DNA from: the human T2T-CHM13v2.0 reference genome, Homo sapiens
DNA: 64,000 nt
Direction: 5' to 3' (one strand)
Assembly: GCF_009914755.1 (NCBI RefSeq)
Contig: NC_060932.1
A program made the position numbers and the translations under genes. This document shows positions 50,681 through 64,000 of this stretch, piece by piece; the first letter of the stretch is position 1, and each line of letters begins with the position of its first letter. The notes beneath the pieces were generated by a model. It made no database searches. It was not told the origin of the DNA and saw nothing but the letters and a program-made list of their open reading frames with translations.

Positions 50681-51312
50681 AAATCGTTTGAGATTTTTCT
50701 TGGTAATACATTTAATTTGTAATTATTTTCAAAGAATTAACACCCTTAAATACGGAGCCTATGAATCTTTAAGTGATACATTTTTATGTAACACATATGT
50801 ACATTACTTATGGCACTTTTAACTCATTTCAATAATGCTTGGAAGCTTATCTTAACTATAGATGATATCTAATAAACTTTTAAAGTTTATAGATTTTGTA
50901 AATGTTTTAAATTTCTGAAGAAAGTATGTTTTTGGTATTATATAAACCCTTCCTGTGGATTTTGTTTTGTGTCAGTTTAGCACTCTAGCTTCTTTCCTTT
51001 GCAGCTTAGTGTTTTTCAAAATGTTAAGCAGTCCAAGAGAAAGCTGTTGCCTCTGTTTTCTACCATAAAATCAGAACTCCAACTATGCATGCTTCAAATG
51101 AATGATGTTTTTCTGCATATACTACTCACTTTAAAAAGAAACTAAGAGCAAATTAATATGTTGCTTTTGTAGAATAAAGAGAAAGGAAATTATAACACAT
51201 GTGCAAGTTGTACAATTAGATTTTTATTTTGAAAACACTACGAATAATTTGATATTTTATTTACAAATAGTAAACTACAAAGAAGAACATTCTGTATGTC
51301 TTATATAGTTAA

Positions 51313-51680
<368 letters not shown>

Positions 51681-52543
51681 CATATTCTCCAAGTCTTAAT
51701 TTCCCTATATCTAAAGCCAATACCAGGGGAAAAAAATTAAAAGATATCAAATAAGTAAAACAGCCACATATCAGGTCTTTCTCAACTCTAGGTATATGAC
51801 AGTTAATAAGGGGTAATATGTATAATTTGCTCTAATTTTGTCATTTGAAAGCTATTATAAAAATACATACCTCAAGCAGGTATTTTGAAATTTGGATTAA
51901 ATTATATATGTCTTTAGTCATATATAACATTTCAACTACAAAATATTTTGTACTATCTGTTTTGTAGAATTTTTCAGTGAAATTCATGTTGGCACATTTC
52001 AACTGAATACTGCTATAAAGTAAATAGTATTATGGAAAACAATCAAAGTAAAAATGATAAATATAGCCTTTGGAAGAAGTAAAAGTTCATTTATTTAATT
52101 TGTCCATTAACCCAGATATATGAATACATTCACTTATCAAGCCCCAACAAAGTATCTGAGAGTGACCTCCACAATTTGAAACATTTGCCCTGAAACAACC
52201 TCTTCTAAAGTTTTTAATTTGCCCCAATTCTGATCCAAATCTTGCTGCCCTCTGAATCCATGAATTTACATATTCCTTATCATGCATCAGGTCAAAGTTT
52301 TGTCTTTTGCACTTAGTCCCTCTAGATTTGCCTTAACAGATTTATAATTGATCACACACACCTGGACTCTTTGTTAATCTGCAGAAAGAAACGGAGATCA
52401 CTTTTAAAGCTACTGTAATAAAAGAAAGATACGTAAATATATATAGCTATATTTATAAAGATATATATTTATTTTTCTTAGCATTGGAGTGTGCAGCAAC
52501 TGAAACCAAAATGCATTATTTATGAAAAACAACAAAGATATAT

Positions 52544-52906
52544 CAATATGGTTTGGCTATGTCCCCACCCAAATATCATCTTGAATTGTAGCTCTCATAA
52601 TTCCCATGTGTCATGGGAGGGACATGGTAGGAGGTAATTGAATCATGGAGGTGGAATTTTCCCATGCTGTTCTCGGGATAATGATAAAGTCTCACAAAAT
52701 CTAATGGTTTTATAAAGGGCAGTTCCCCTCACAGGCTCTCTTGCCTGCCACCATGTAAGACTTGACTTGCCTCTTCATTTGTTTTCCACCATGATTGTGA
52801 GGCCTACACAGCGAGGTGAAACTGTGAGTCAATTAAACTTCTTTCCTGTTTAAATTACCCAGTGTTGGGTATGTCTTTATTAACAGCGTGAGAACAGATT
52901 AATACA
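52544..52906 (+). mobile_element. THE1 (THE1C-like) MaLR solo LTR
   Basis: atatggtttggctatgtccccacccaaat...gggtatgtctttatta.cagcgtgagaacagattaataca; near-TSD tatat/catat. Confidence 0.92.
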
Positions 52907-54639
52907 CATATATTTCAAATATTATACATCATATACGTGTTCATATATACACACATAAATTGTATACACAAATTTGTTTGCGTACAAGCAAAAATCACAT
53001 ATAAGAATCAATTTCACAGCACTTTGATCAAGACCAATCTGTTTATTGAGTTACTCCTTGCATTTGATATTAATTTCCATTACTGTCCGCCAAAAACTGA
53101 AAGCTCATCCTGGACAACAAACTACCTATTGAGAGTTACCTAACTGCTTTTTAGTGTTTTTGCTGAAAATATGTATCCTCATGTTCTATAAATGCTGGTA
53201 AACCTTTTTACCTTTTCATCAATCTCAAATAGCCCCTCCTAATACTTTGCAGTGATGAATTCCCAAATATTTTATAATTCATAATTAGAACCTTCATTTT
53301 ATCATACAAATTATATTTAGTTTGAAAATGCCATTAATAGTAACTCAAATAAAAATATTTTGGATTATTGTTGTAAGAGTAAAATGAATTTCAAAAATAG
53401 CCATCCATGCATATACGGAAAGGAACTAATATTTCCATTGTGGATTAGAAAATATATATTTTCATAAATAAGAATTGTTGATTTATATTTGTGTACACCC
53501 ATCTGGTAGAGAAGAAACATAATAGGTTTTATTCAGCTTATGTAAATTTTAGTGATACGTGTAGGCTGCCAATCTATATAAAATATCTGTACAAGCAGAT
53601 TTTATTGTGTGAACTTCTAAATGGATTACCTGTACATAAAGAAGTTCTCAACTTTTCCTAAAGCATATAAAAGCTTAGAATTGTTTAGAGACTATATGGA
53701 AAAAACTCAGTAAGCATTCAAAATACGAAAGAATATAGCATTGCATATTGTATATTTGGATCTTGGTTTGACAACTTGGGTTGACATAATGAATTCTAAA
53801 ATAGTATAATTAGCAAATAAAAACCAAACATTTCAAATAAAAATGGACCTCAAATATGTTCAGTAACATGCCTCGAGTCAAATAGTTAAATATTAGGCAA
53901 AGTTAAGTTTGGAATATATTCTCCATTCCTTTCTTTCTTTAGATACAACTGTGGAGTCTTTTTAGATATTATGGTGAAGTCTTAGTACCATAAGTAGTAC
54001 ATTAATTGTTCTATTTCTTAAATTAATTGATCCCCAGGATTTAGCATGCTTATATATGATATATGGGCTTAGAAACCTACCTGAAAATTCAGTCATAATA
54101 AACTTTATGAAAGTCTGATACACAATGTGTTTATAGCTGTCATTCACCCAGCAAATAGTTACTGGGAGTGGAGGTTGAATCTCCAAGTATAATACATGAA
54201 CTCCCAGGCTGTCGAACCCATGCATGTCAGAAATGCAGTCATACAAAATTTTTATGCTTTCAGAATATACTGCATAACTCACCTTCACCTTCAGGCATCC
54301 TTTCGATGGATTCACAAAGCTGGAAGAGAAATTTGTTCATTCTGATAGTCAGCCATCCCGCAAGTAATGTGCATTGGGAGATGAAGTTAAGTAGAAAGAG
54401 CTTATTCTCCTCTAGGCATATAACATAATTGCTTTTTTCCTTCTTTCAACCACTGTTAAAGGAGCATAGAGTTTTTGGCATAAACTATGTTGCAAACAGT
54501 TCATAAAGAATATAATAAGCATGCCACTTTGTCACGGTATGAAGACCAAATAAATGTTTTCAAAATAAAGCAATCGGTGTTTATTTCTTGCCTAATGCAA
54601 CATAGATTTTAGAGTCTTCCAAGGCATGTGATGTTTGTT

Positions 54640-54880
54640 TTAGCAAAATGGATAAGTACATGGAATCACAGTGTGTGGCTCTAAATCTTGCTTCTGAAAC
54701 TTAAAATTGTGTGACCTTGAGAAAGTTCTCTAAAATCATTGAAACTTTGAGTTTGCCATTAAGAAAGGGGATGGTAATAATATATACTTCATAAGATTGT
54801 TTTCAGTATTGAGTTATTATCTTTGCAATGATTAGAACATTGCCAGGTATATAATAAATGTTCATAAAAATGTGGTTATT
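54640..54880 (+). mobile_element. MIR, near full length
   Basis: tgtgtgaccttgagaaagtt...ttagaacattgccaggtatataataaatg. Confidence 0.75.
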
Positions 54881-55539
54881 GTGAGGAATATTCAGTGAGT
54901 CTTTAACTTAAAAATTTCAGGTATTATAAACTAAGCCATAACATTTTGTGCTTAAGGTAGATCTGTCACTTCCTGCTTTAACACATGATCTTCTCAAAAC
55001 TAAAAACAATGTCAAATAAAATAAAAAAGAAAATATAAAAAGATATTTGTGTGAACACAAGATAGATATCTCTATGAGTCAAAAGTAAGACAGAAACTAG
55101 AGAAAGTAAGTGAGTTTGAAACCACTGGTTTACTCATGGCCAGAGACTTGCAATAAAGGCCAAGAAATTATTTGGACTAAAATGTACATGAGATATGGCA
55201 TACTGAAGCCAGATTCACTGTTTTAAGTAAACGGATGTAGGAGAACTTATAAATGATAGTGAATGATAACATGACTGCCAATCTAGAGCATTGATTTTAA
55301 CAGAAGTTGCGGATTATATATCCAAATATACAACAGGCAATACAGGATTATATAGAATGAGCAGGGAAGAGCAAAAACACAACATTGAAAGATGAATTTA
55401 GCCAACTCTTACTAGTTTCATGACAATCTACAATAACTTCAAACATATAAGACTTCATTCTAGATTGGGGACTTGCCAGATTGATGGAAATGCAAAAGGG
55501 CTATCTGGAAGGAAGAAAAAGAGAAAAAATACAAATAAT

Positions 55540-56560
55540 AATAACAATGGAAGAAAAACAAAATGGCTCCTACTTAAAATGAACCTGCCAACCAAAATTA
55601 CAAAACACATAAAGGAATAACATGCTAAAAATATATCCTAGAAAACAACAATAATACAGGAATTCATTTGAAGTGAACTTAATTTTAAGGAAGCAATCTG
55701 GTGAAAATTTTAAAATGCACATACTTTAGAAGCTTAAAGTGATAGTAAAGAAAATCATTAAAAATAAATAATGAAACAAATACAGGTAGTCATGAAAGAA
55801 GAACAGATAGGATAATATAAACAATGGAATTGATATTTTTTGGAAAGGGTCATTTTTATTCTAGTTAACTGTAAAGATATATTAAATTAAAATATAATAT
55901 TTAGTATTAACTCAGAATGCATTACAGATAAATCAAGATATAAAATATATTAAAGAAAAGGTAAGAGGCACAAAGGAGAGATTGGTCTGTGCCTGCATTC
56001 TTCAAATGAAAGTAACAGAGAAAGCAGCAAATGTCAGAGTTACAATGTTTAAAGAGATAATTACCAAGAGTTTAGCAAAATATTTGAAAAGAGAGAGAAA
56101 CTAATTTCAAGTTTAAAGTGCACCCTGAATATCAGACACGATAATTATAAATTAATACCTGCACACATTGTAGAAACTCTGTAGAAAACAAAAACATAGA
56201 AAAGAAATAACTTTTAAACACTGCTTGAGAGAAAATATTATTTACAAAGACATTGCAATTAGATTGCACCCAGCTTCTGAAAAGCAACAGTTTTCATTTA
56301 TCTAATATTCAAATATTTATTAAATGCTTACTCTTTCCCTGACATTAGTATGCATACTCCAGAGAGAGCTGTGAACAAAACAGACATAAATTCCTTCCTT
56401 TGTGGAGCATATTACATTCTAGTTTGAAAACAAGAAAATAATAGAATATGTTAAAATTGCTGTGGCAAATAACTGTGAATCCAGTAGGTTAAAAAATGTA
56501 ATAAACCATTATAAAATAATATAAAAAATATTTTCAGGCATATGAAGATGAAGAGAGTTC
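55540..56560 (+). mobile_element. Ancient L1 ORF1/HAL1-like relic with an L2 3' fragment at about 56292-56425
   Basis: A-rich ORF1-like motifs (gcacacattgtagaaact, caattagattgc); L2-like atatttattaaatgcttact...tgaacaaaacagac...tggagc...cattctagt. Confidence 0.5.
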
Positions 56561-57474
56561 ATAAAAAATTGTTGCCAAATAAAGTGAAACCACACTACAA
56601 AACTGATTGTACATTTATACAATTTACTGATGAAAAGCAGTATTAAAAGACAAAGGAGAAACATTTGTTCATTTCCATAAATACAGAAAAAGAATTAAAT
56701 GCCATCCTTTTTATTATTTTTTAAAGGTAATTACATGAATTATTTACACATAATAGAAGAGGCTGAGAAGCTAACTAGGACACACTAAGGCAATCTAAAA
56801 ATTCAGGCAGAAAGACATGATTGCCCCTAGACTGGAGAGATAAATGGAGGAGGTTGGATTAAACTGAGAGATTAGCACTGCTTTGCAGAGGTTAGAACTT
56901 CCGCATCTGTCTGACAGGAATTGGCACTATGAAAGAGATGCTGCTGCTGCTAGAGGCATCTTCCAAGGTATAAGAAGGGAAAATATTGCTTTCTCCCTTA
57001 CAATTTTTTACCTCTGTTTCCAACCAACCATAAGTAGGTTGCCACTAGGATTCACAGGAATCAGCCCCACTTTCAAAGAGAAATTATAATGAGGAGAGGT
57101 GAGAAGTATATATAACAGAAAACATAAGGTAAGTACCTTACCTTAAATTACATGCACAAAAATCAAGTCTACATTACTAAAGACCTAAATGTATTACTAA
57201 AGACCTAAACGTACATAGTAAAACTTCAAAAATATCAGATAAAACAGTATCTTAGTAATCTTTGTTAGGAAAGGTTTCCTAAACAAAATACAAGCATGCA
57301 AACTAAGAACAAAATGTTTCATATTTGGTACATTACAATTAAAATTTACTTATCAACATGACAAAATTTTTAAAAAATCATTGATTAGAAGAAACCTTTT
57401 CATTGCATCTAATGTCTAATTAATTACTCTCTAGTATATATAAAATCTTAAAAAGTAATAAGAAAATACAAATT

Positions 57475-58615
57475 TCTCTTCTTGTTATATATCCAAAGGA
57501 AATAAATTCAATATCTCAAATAGATTTCTGCACTCCCATGTTCATTGTAGACTTATTCACAATAGCCAAGATGCTGAAAAAACCTAAGTGTCCCTCTATG
57601 GATTAATACATAAGTAAGTAATTTTACATATATAAAATGACTGGCCATTTATTTCACTTAATAACCAATCATTTTATATACATAAAATGTCCTTCAAGTC
57701 CATCCATGTTGTAGCAAAGGGTAGGCTTTCCTATTTTAAGGCTTAATAATATTCCAAATATTATTAAACCTTAAAAGGTATTTTTTAAAGGTAAATACAT
57801 GAATTATTTACACGTAATATTAGACATAATGTTTGACATAATATTACATACAATATTACACATACTACACTTAAAGGGTTACTATTATTATTAAGCCTTT
57901 AAAAGGAATATTATTAAGTCTTAAAATAGGAAAACCTACCCTTTGCAACAACATATGAACTTGAAAGATATAATGCTAAGTGAAGTAAACCAGTCACAGA
58001 TAGAAAAATACTGCATGATCTCACTTTAGAATTTAGAAAAAAATACTGCATGATTCTCACTTAGAATTCATAAAAGCAGAGTAGAATGGTGGTTACCAAG
58101 GATAAAGGTTGGCAAAATGGGTAAATGGTTTTTGTTTATTTATTTGCTTGAGACAGAGTCTTGCTCTGTCACTCAGACTGGAGTACAGTGGCACGATCTT
58201 GACTCACTGCAATCTTCACCTCCAGCGTTCAAGTCTCATGCCTCAGCCTCCCCAAGTAGCTGGGATTACAGACATGCCCCACAATGCCTGGCTAGTTTTT
58301 TGTTTGTTTGTTTGTTTGTTTGTTTTTTAATTTTTAGTGGAGACGGGTTTCACCATATTAGCCAGGCTGCTTTCAAACTCCTGACCTCAAGAAATCTGCC
58401 CGCCTCGGCCTCCCAAAGTGCTGGGATTACAGGCGTGAGTCACCGTGCCCTGTCAGGTAAATGTTAATCAAAAAGATGCGAAGTTTTAGTTATGTAGCAT
58501 GAATAAATTTTAGAGATCTAGGTACAGCACGGTGACTATAGTTAATAATACTGTATTGCAAACCACTTGAACTTTGTTAAGAGATTGGCTATTGCGTTCT
58601 CACCACACACACCAA
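57475..58615 (+). mobile_element. L1MA9/L1MB-like 3' end, internally rearranged and split by an Alu
   Basis: ctgcactcccatgttcattg...cacaatagccaagat...; gcagagtagaatggtggttacc...gagatcta..tacagcacggtgactatagttaataatactgtattg. Confidence 0.8.
58129..58453 (-). mobile_element. Alu (AluS-like) with (TTTG)n expansion in the linker
   Basis: Reverse Alu; flanking ggtaaatg repeated on both sides. Confidence 0.93.
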
Positions 58616-59941
58616 AATAAGGCAAAAAAAAAAAAAAAGAAAATGTAAATAACCTAATGTATAAATAGACTAAAATATTTTAAAATCCAATGAACCCATG
58701 AAGTGTAAAAACATAATTGTACTATAATACTGAATCATTCCTCAATCATCAGAATGACCTAACTTATAAAACCTGAAAACATAAATGTTGGTGCAAATTC
58801 AGAGCAAAGGAAATGCTCAGAAACTGCCGGTAGGAATGGCAGTTAGAATAACTATCATGAAGAACAGTTTGGTGATATTTAGTAAAGTGAAAAATACAAT
58901 AAATTGAGACTTAGCAAGATTACATAATTTGCCCAAGGTTCATGATTATCAAATTGGGAACCTAAATTTGGGTTCAGCTTGTGACCTTAAATTTTCTTAT
59001 CCATACCCTCAATAACTATGATAATAAATAACTTAAGAATATCAATTCTAAAGCATAGTAAATCCCCAAATTATCAATGTTTGAATTGTTGAGTAAATTT
59101 TGTTTAGCGAGGTAAGAGATTTTGTAAGTGCAAGTAGAATTATTTTTAACAAGGTTTGAATTCAGGCAACTCTTAGTTAACCAGAAAATATGATCTTCTA
59201 CCTGTGACTGACCAGGATTTTCTTTTCTTATTATAATTCTCTTTAATACAGTCCCTTAGAAGTCTTACCATTACTGCTAATCTAATTTCTGGGTACACAG
59301 TTTACATGCTACAATTCTACAATCAGTTGCTATGGCTCCCTGATTCTATCCTTTTATTAAGCTTCAATTATTTACCTTTTTCCATTTGGGGAATTAGTTT
59401 GCTTAGAAATTATACAATTCTTATGACTGGCAGCTTTTATTTCTTTCTAAAATTTAAGTCTCCCTTATCTTGTCTTCCTTATCTCTAGCCGCATACATGT
59501 TTCCTCCTTCACAAAGCCCTTTTCTCTGGTAGAAATACCTCTTGCCTAGCTAAAGATCCTGACATCCTCTAACAGACTAAGAAAAGATGTGACCTTTCAT
59601 GCTCAGTTTCCTAGAAACAGCTAACGGTTCATGGTTTATGGTTTATGGGATTATTTTTTCAGTGCATTATTTCTGCCTTCTACAACATCCTCATTCCAGT
59701 GGAATGCTCTTAAAATAAAAATTAAGCTAAAATAATGAACACAGAAAAACTCTAACAGGCCTACTTTCTATCAGGAAATTAAGATAGTCTGTCACAAAGC
59801 ACTTCCCCTATCATTAACTGACATTGAGCAAAGTCCTGTAACCTTGGCTGGGTCTCCTAAGTCTTAAGAGTTGCTATAAAATTTGTATAAAACAATTTTA
59901 TCTCAGGTAAGGACAATAACTGAATCAAATATATTTGCTGA

Positions 59942-60254
<313 letters not shown>

Positions 60255-61324
60255 TAGAAATACTTTGAAGACTCTGCAAGTAGATCATACTCATTAATTG
60301 TGCTACAACACAAGTTTTCAGGTCACTTACATGCATGGCATTAATCCACTGGTCCAAGATATTTTATAGAGTAAAATATTAGCTATAATTTGAAAGATCT
60401 TAAAATTAGTAATATTTAATGTTAATTTGTTAAATATCTGCATGGATTATTTAACATTTGTTTCAGAAAAAAACTGTAAAAACGAAATACGTCTATTTGT
60501 AAATATGCATGCTGTTGATAAAAGGAAAAAAATATACAAAATAATTGTGATCTATTGATTTGCAACTAAGTAATTCAGAACTGTGTAATTCTACTTTGGA
60601 ATGAGCTAGAAGACAAAACAAAAAAGTACAAATTAGCTTACTTTACTGAAACATTTTTCCATGTTTAAAGGAAATATTCCTTTAATATTAAATAACCCAT
60701 CTGAAGATAATTTGCTTTCATGGTTGCCACATTATGCTTATTTAACGTAAGTTAGAATATTCCAGTAAGGGTTGAAATTATCATACTATCCTATCTGCAT
60801 TTTATGGATCCGAAGGGAAACTGACCTCCTTTAATATGAGACCATTTTGGTGCCAGCAGGGATGAGTTTCCTGTGGTGAGCATTTGGCTTATGACAGACT
60901 TGTTTTCTGTGTATTCTTAGCAGGGTGGGAAGCCATGGGAACAGAACCATCCGAGCTGACAAGAAACACACTTTATATCATTTGACGTTTAGTAGAAAGA
61001 CAAACTTTAGTTATTTTTTCTGATATCGAATATACTTACATCACATAATTAAGGAAAAGTCTACCTTAGTTAACTCATTGATGATTAATAATTCAGTTTT
61101 TGGAGTAGGTAAATAAAGGAAGAATAAATGAATGATTGGTCTATTTGATCACTTTCTTTAAAGAAAAAATTTTGATTTAAACACACACCTCCATTATCAA
61201 GTTTCAATACACATTGAAAATGAATAAATTGTATGATATTCATTTTACTGTAAAGCTACAGGTGATCTGCTCAGTTTCATTTATACTAACCATGGTACTT
61301 TAAAAGTAGTAATCATTAATGATG

Positions 61325-61540
61325 AAACAGGATAAAAGCTTAAGCTTCAGAATCAAACTGCATTAAGTATAAATATTAGCTTTGTCATTTGACTTCTATA
61401 AGCTAAATATTCGTCATCTGAAAAACGAAAGCCTCATTAATATTGACACATTGTGGTTTTGTGAGATTTAAATGAAAGGATGGAGATCCATCACTTAATA
61501 TGATGAATCTTATCTAATAAACACAAGTTATTAATGGTGT
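61325..61540 (+). mobile_element. MIR relic
   Basis: gcttcagaatcaaactgc...tcgtcatctgaaaaacg...ttttgtgagatttaaatga. Confidence 0.55.
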
Positions 61541-62629
61541 TATTGTATTTTTTTAATATTAAGAGATTTAAAATAAAACATGTACAAAAATTTGTAGTGA
61601 ATCTTTAACCTCTAGCTGACATTTAAATTTTATTTTAAATACAGATGAATCCACACATAATTTCATTCCTGTATATGATAATTGTATATCATATACATAT
61701 ACATATATTAACAGAGTTACTGATAATAAACAGGTTAATTTACTTGATAAAAAAGGAAGGCAGCATATAAAACTCAAAATATATTTGTAGATCTCCAGAT
61801 TCATGAAGAAATATTTTGATCATTAGACCATATGGCCTTAATAGATCTTTTAATGCATTCATTTGTTATACTAAATAATTATTTAATTTCATTTTTTGTC
61901 ATGTGTTCTTGCTAGCAAATGACTTTTTTAAAGGTTTTATTTACAGCTTATTTTTTAAAAAAATATATTCAATCTTGAACTTGTAGGTGTGCTTTGTTTC
62001 CTAAATTAATTTAGTAGACTATTTTCCCATAAAAATAATGTTATAAATATATTGTATTTTCCAGTGTTCATTCTCGAAAACTGAAATAGTCAATGATATT
62101 GCTAAATTATAGTAATAACAATATTGATCTCAGTTCTGGTTCCTTAAATCTCCCAAGAGTATTTTCCTTTGAAAAGACAACTCTTATCTATTCAACTGAT
62201 TTGCTAAGTATTAATATTTCAGAGAGTATAATATAAATGATGTGAATATGTCCAAGGGGCCTTGTGGAAGTAATTTATTGGCATCAAGAACATCAGAAGG
62301 CAGCCCAGTACCTTTGAATTCTGTACCTAGGGGGGCTTCCCTAAGGTCTTCCTGGTTTTCATGGATTTTTATACTGTGCTTGGCAGAAGAAGAAAAAGAA
62401 GTTGATTATTCAGGAGCATAAGGATTCTTTGGGAAGTAAACAGATATTTAGGACAGTCAGTCAGAGAAAATGATGGCAAGGCCCAAGAGCAGAAGATTGT
62501 GGAAGAACAAGCGGCAGATGGCATTAATTTCCATCCTGACTGGTGGTTTGAGGAAGTACTATTTACATATAAAATAGGAGTTTTTTCAGGGAATTAAGGT
62601 TCTTTCACAGTCAGTTATTAGATGGTTAT

Positions 62630-62765
62630 TTTACTCATTCATTCAATAGCTCATTCAACAATTGTCAGGCTCCTCCTGTGTGTGGTGCACTGATGTATGG
62701 AGGTAATGGAGACAGACACAACCTGACTTTCACAGTCCATGCAGTTTAACGGAGGAGACAGGAAC
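62630..62765 (-). mobile_element. L2 3' end relic
   Basis: cattcattcaa...cattcaacaa...tgtgtggtgcactg...gacagacac...ggagacag. Confidence 0.6.
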
Positions 62766-62774
62766 CTAAACAAG

Positions 62775-63420
62775 TTTTTAGAAATGAGCATTTTCTCGAA
62801 TAGTTTCATATTTACAGGAAAAAAGGAAAGCACCAGTACAAAGAGTACTCATATACTCCATAGCCAGTTTCCCCTAGTATTAACACCTTTATTAGTCTGA
62901 TGCATTTGTCACAAGTGCACCAATGAACCAATATTAATATATTATTATTAATTAATGCCCACCCTTGATTCATATTTCTTAGCTTTTATCTAATGTCCTA
63001 TTTCTAGCCCAGGATCACATCGATGATACCACTTTACATTCATAATACTTGTCGTTTTCTTGCCTATGTGTAAATAATAAGCTCTTGGCTGTGAGAGTTT
63101 CTCAGAATTAATTTGTTTTTGATGACCTTGAGAGTTTTAAAGGTACTTCATCAGGTATTTTTTAGGATCGCCTCTACTGGGATTTGTCTTTCTTCTTCAA
63201 ATAATTATTCAAGGGTTATGAGTTTTTGGAAACAGGACTGCAGAGGTAAAGTGTCATTTTTATTACATCCTATGAAGGGAATGCACTACCAATATGCCTT
63301 CTTATTGTTGATATTAAACTTGATCATTTGGCTGAAGTAGTGTCTGTCACCTTTTTCCATTATAAGTGACCTTTTTTACCTTTTCTATACTGTACTATTT
63401 AGAGGGAAATGACTATAAAT
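62775..63420 (-). mobile_element. L1MC3-like 3'UTR fragment
   Basis: ctcttggctgtgagagtttctcaga...gtttttgatgaccttgagagtttt...caggtatttt; cagaggtaaagtgtcatttt. Confidence 0.75.
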
Positions 63421-63696
63421 AGGCTTTTAATCATAACATGGGAAGAGGAATGAGGTAAGAAGCAGTGCTTAGATAGGGAATTTGTACAGGGAGTTGTGAA
63501 AATGTATAGGAGGATGAAATAGCATGGCCACTGACAACAGGAAATGCCCCTCTTAAGATGTCATACTTTACTGACTCTGAAGAATCAAAATTCATTAGTC
63601 AAATAACAGTGTGAAATGGAGGGAGCAGAATTAGTGTGCAAAGACATTGGATGGTTTTAGTGTTTTCAGCACCTCTTGTTTATCTAATGATCTCTA

Positions 63697-63756
63697 CAAA
63701 TTATAAAAAGTTAACCTTCAGCCCAAATTATAAAAAGCTAACCTTCAGCCCAAATT
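63697..63756. repeat. 27-bp tandem duplication caaattataaaaag(t/c)taaccttcagcc
   Basis: Seen directly; 2.2 copies with one mismatch. Confidence 0.92.
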
Positions 63757-64000
63757 TTAACTTGACGTTTTATATTCCAAATAATTGCCATAATTGTTTT
63801 TCTATCAAAATAATATGTTGTACCACATGTGTGTATATTTGCCTCATACATTATATTTTATTTCATAGAAAAATGTTGCTGTGAAAATCAAGCAAATAAT
63901 TGCCATTTGCAAGTGTTTCTACACAATTCTGTCTATTCTTCATAATTTTTAGAGGCAGGTGTTATTCCTGGTGTTTTGAAAGAATAGCTGATAACCAGTA

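Noticed and set aside
53962-54428. Overlapping 117-aa and 86-aa ORFs in unique sequence
   Set aside because: There is no recognisable domain or convincing splice framework, and the lengths are compatible with chance.
56740-57120. Possible ancient LTR fragment
   Set aside because: It is slightly GC-richer, but I could not match termini or a family with confidence.
63697-63756. Short repeats (also 5241-5284 and 38390-38470) as a CRISPR-like array
   Set aside because: They are head-to-tail duplications without spacers, in a primate genome context.

Overview
This is primate (human or great-ape-like) nuclear DNA. It is AT-rich, gene-poor and dominated by interspersed repeats, consistent with an intergenic or deep-intronic region. 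I find no credible protein-coding gene. The long ORFs are broken LINE-1 ORF2 pieces, and the short ones come from Alu, simple repeats or chance. Recognisable content includes about 13 Alus, several L1s of different ages (including a 4.2 kb 5'-truncated L1PA2-like copy and a nested AluY-in-L1PB-in-L1MA cluster), MaLR and ERV1 solo LTRs, DNA transposons (MER1A, MER44, an internally deleted Tigger1), MIR/L2 relics and microsatellites. The most unusual structure is a composite retroposon at about 20224-22727. There, a polyadenylated HNRNPA1 3'UTR retrocopy is joined directly to the 3' end of an L1 built from three segments (minus, plus, minus). That L1 also appears to share four non-consensus bases with the L1 about 11 kb downstream. 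A second notable site is a complex templated-insertion and inverted-duplication scar at about 57630-58000. Repeat family and subfamily names come from recalled consensus sequences, not a database search, and boundaries without a target-site duplication (TSD) are approximate. I see no evidence of a wholly new biological system.
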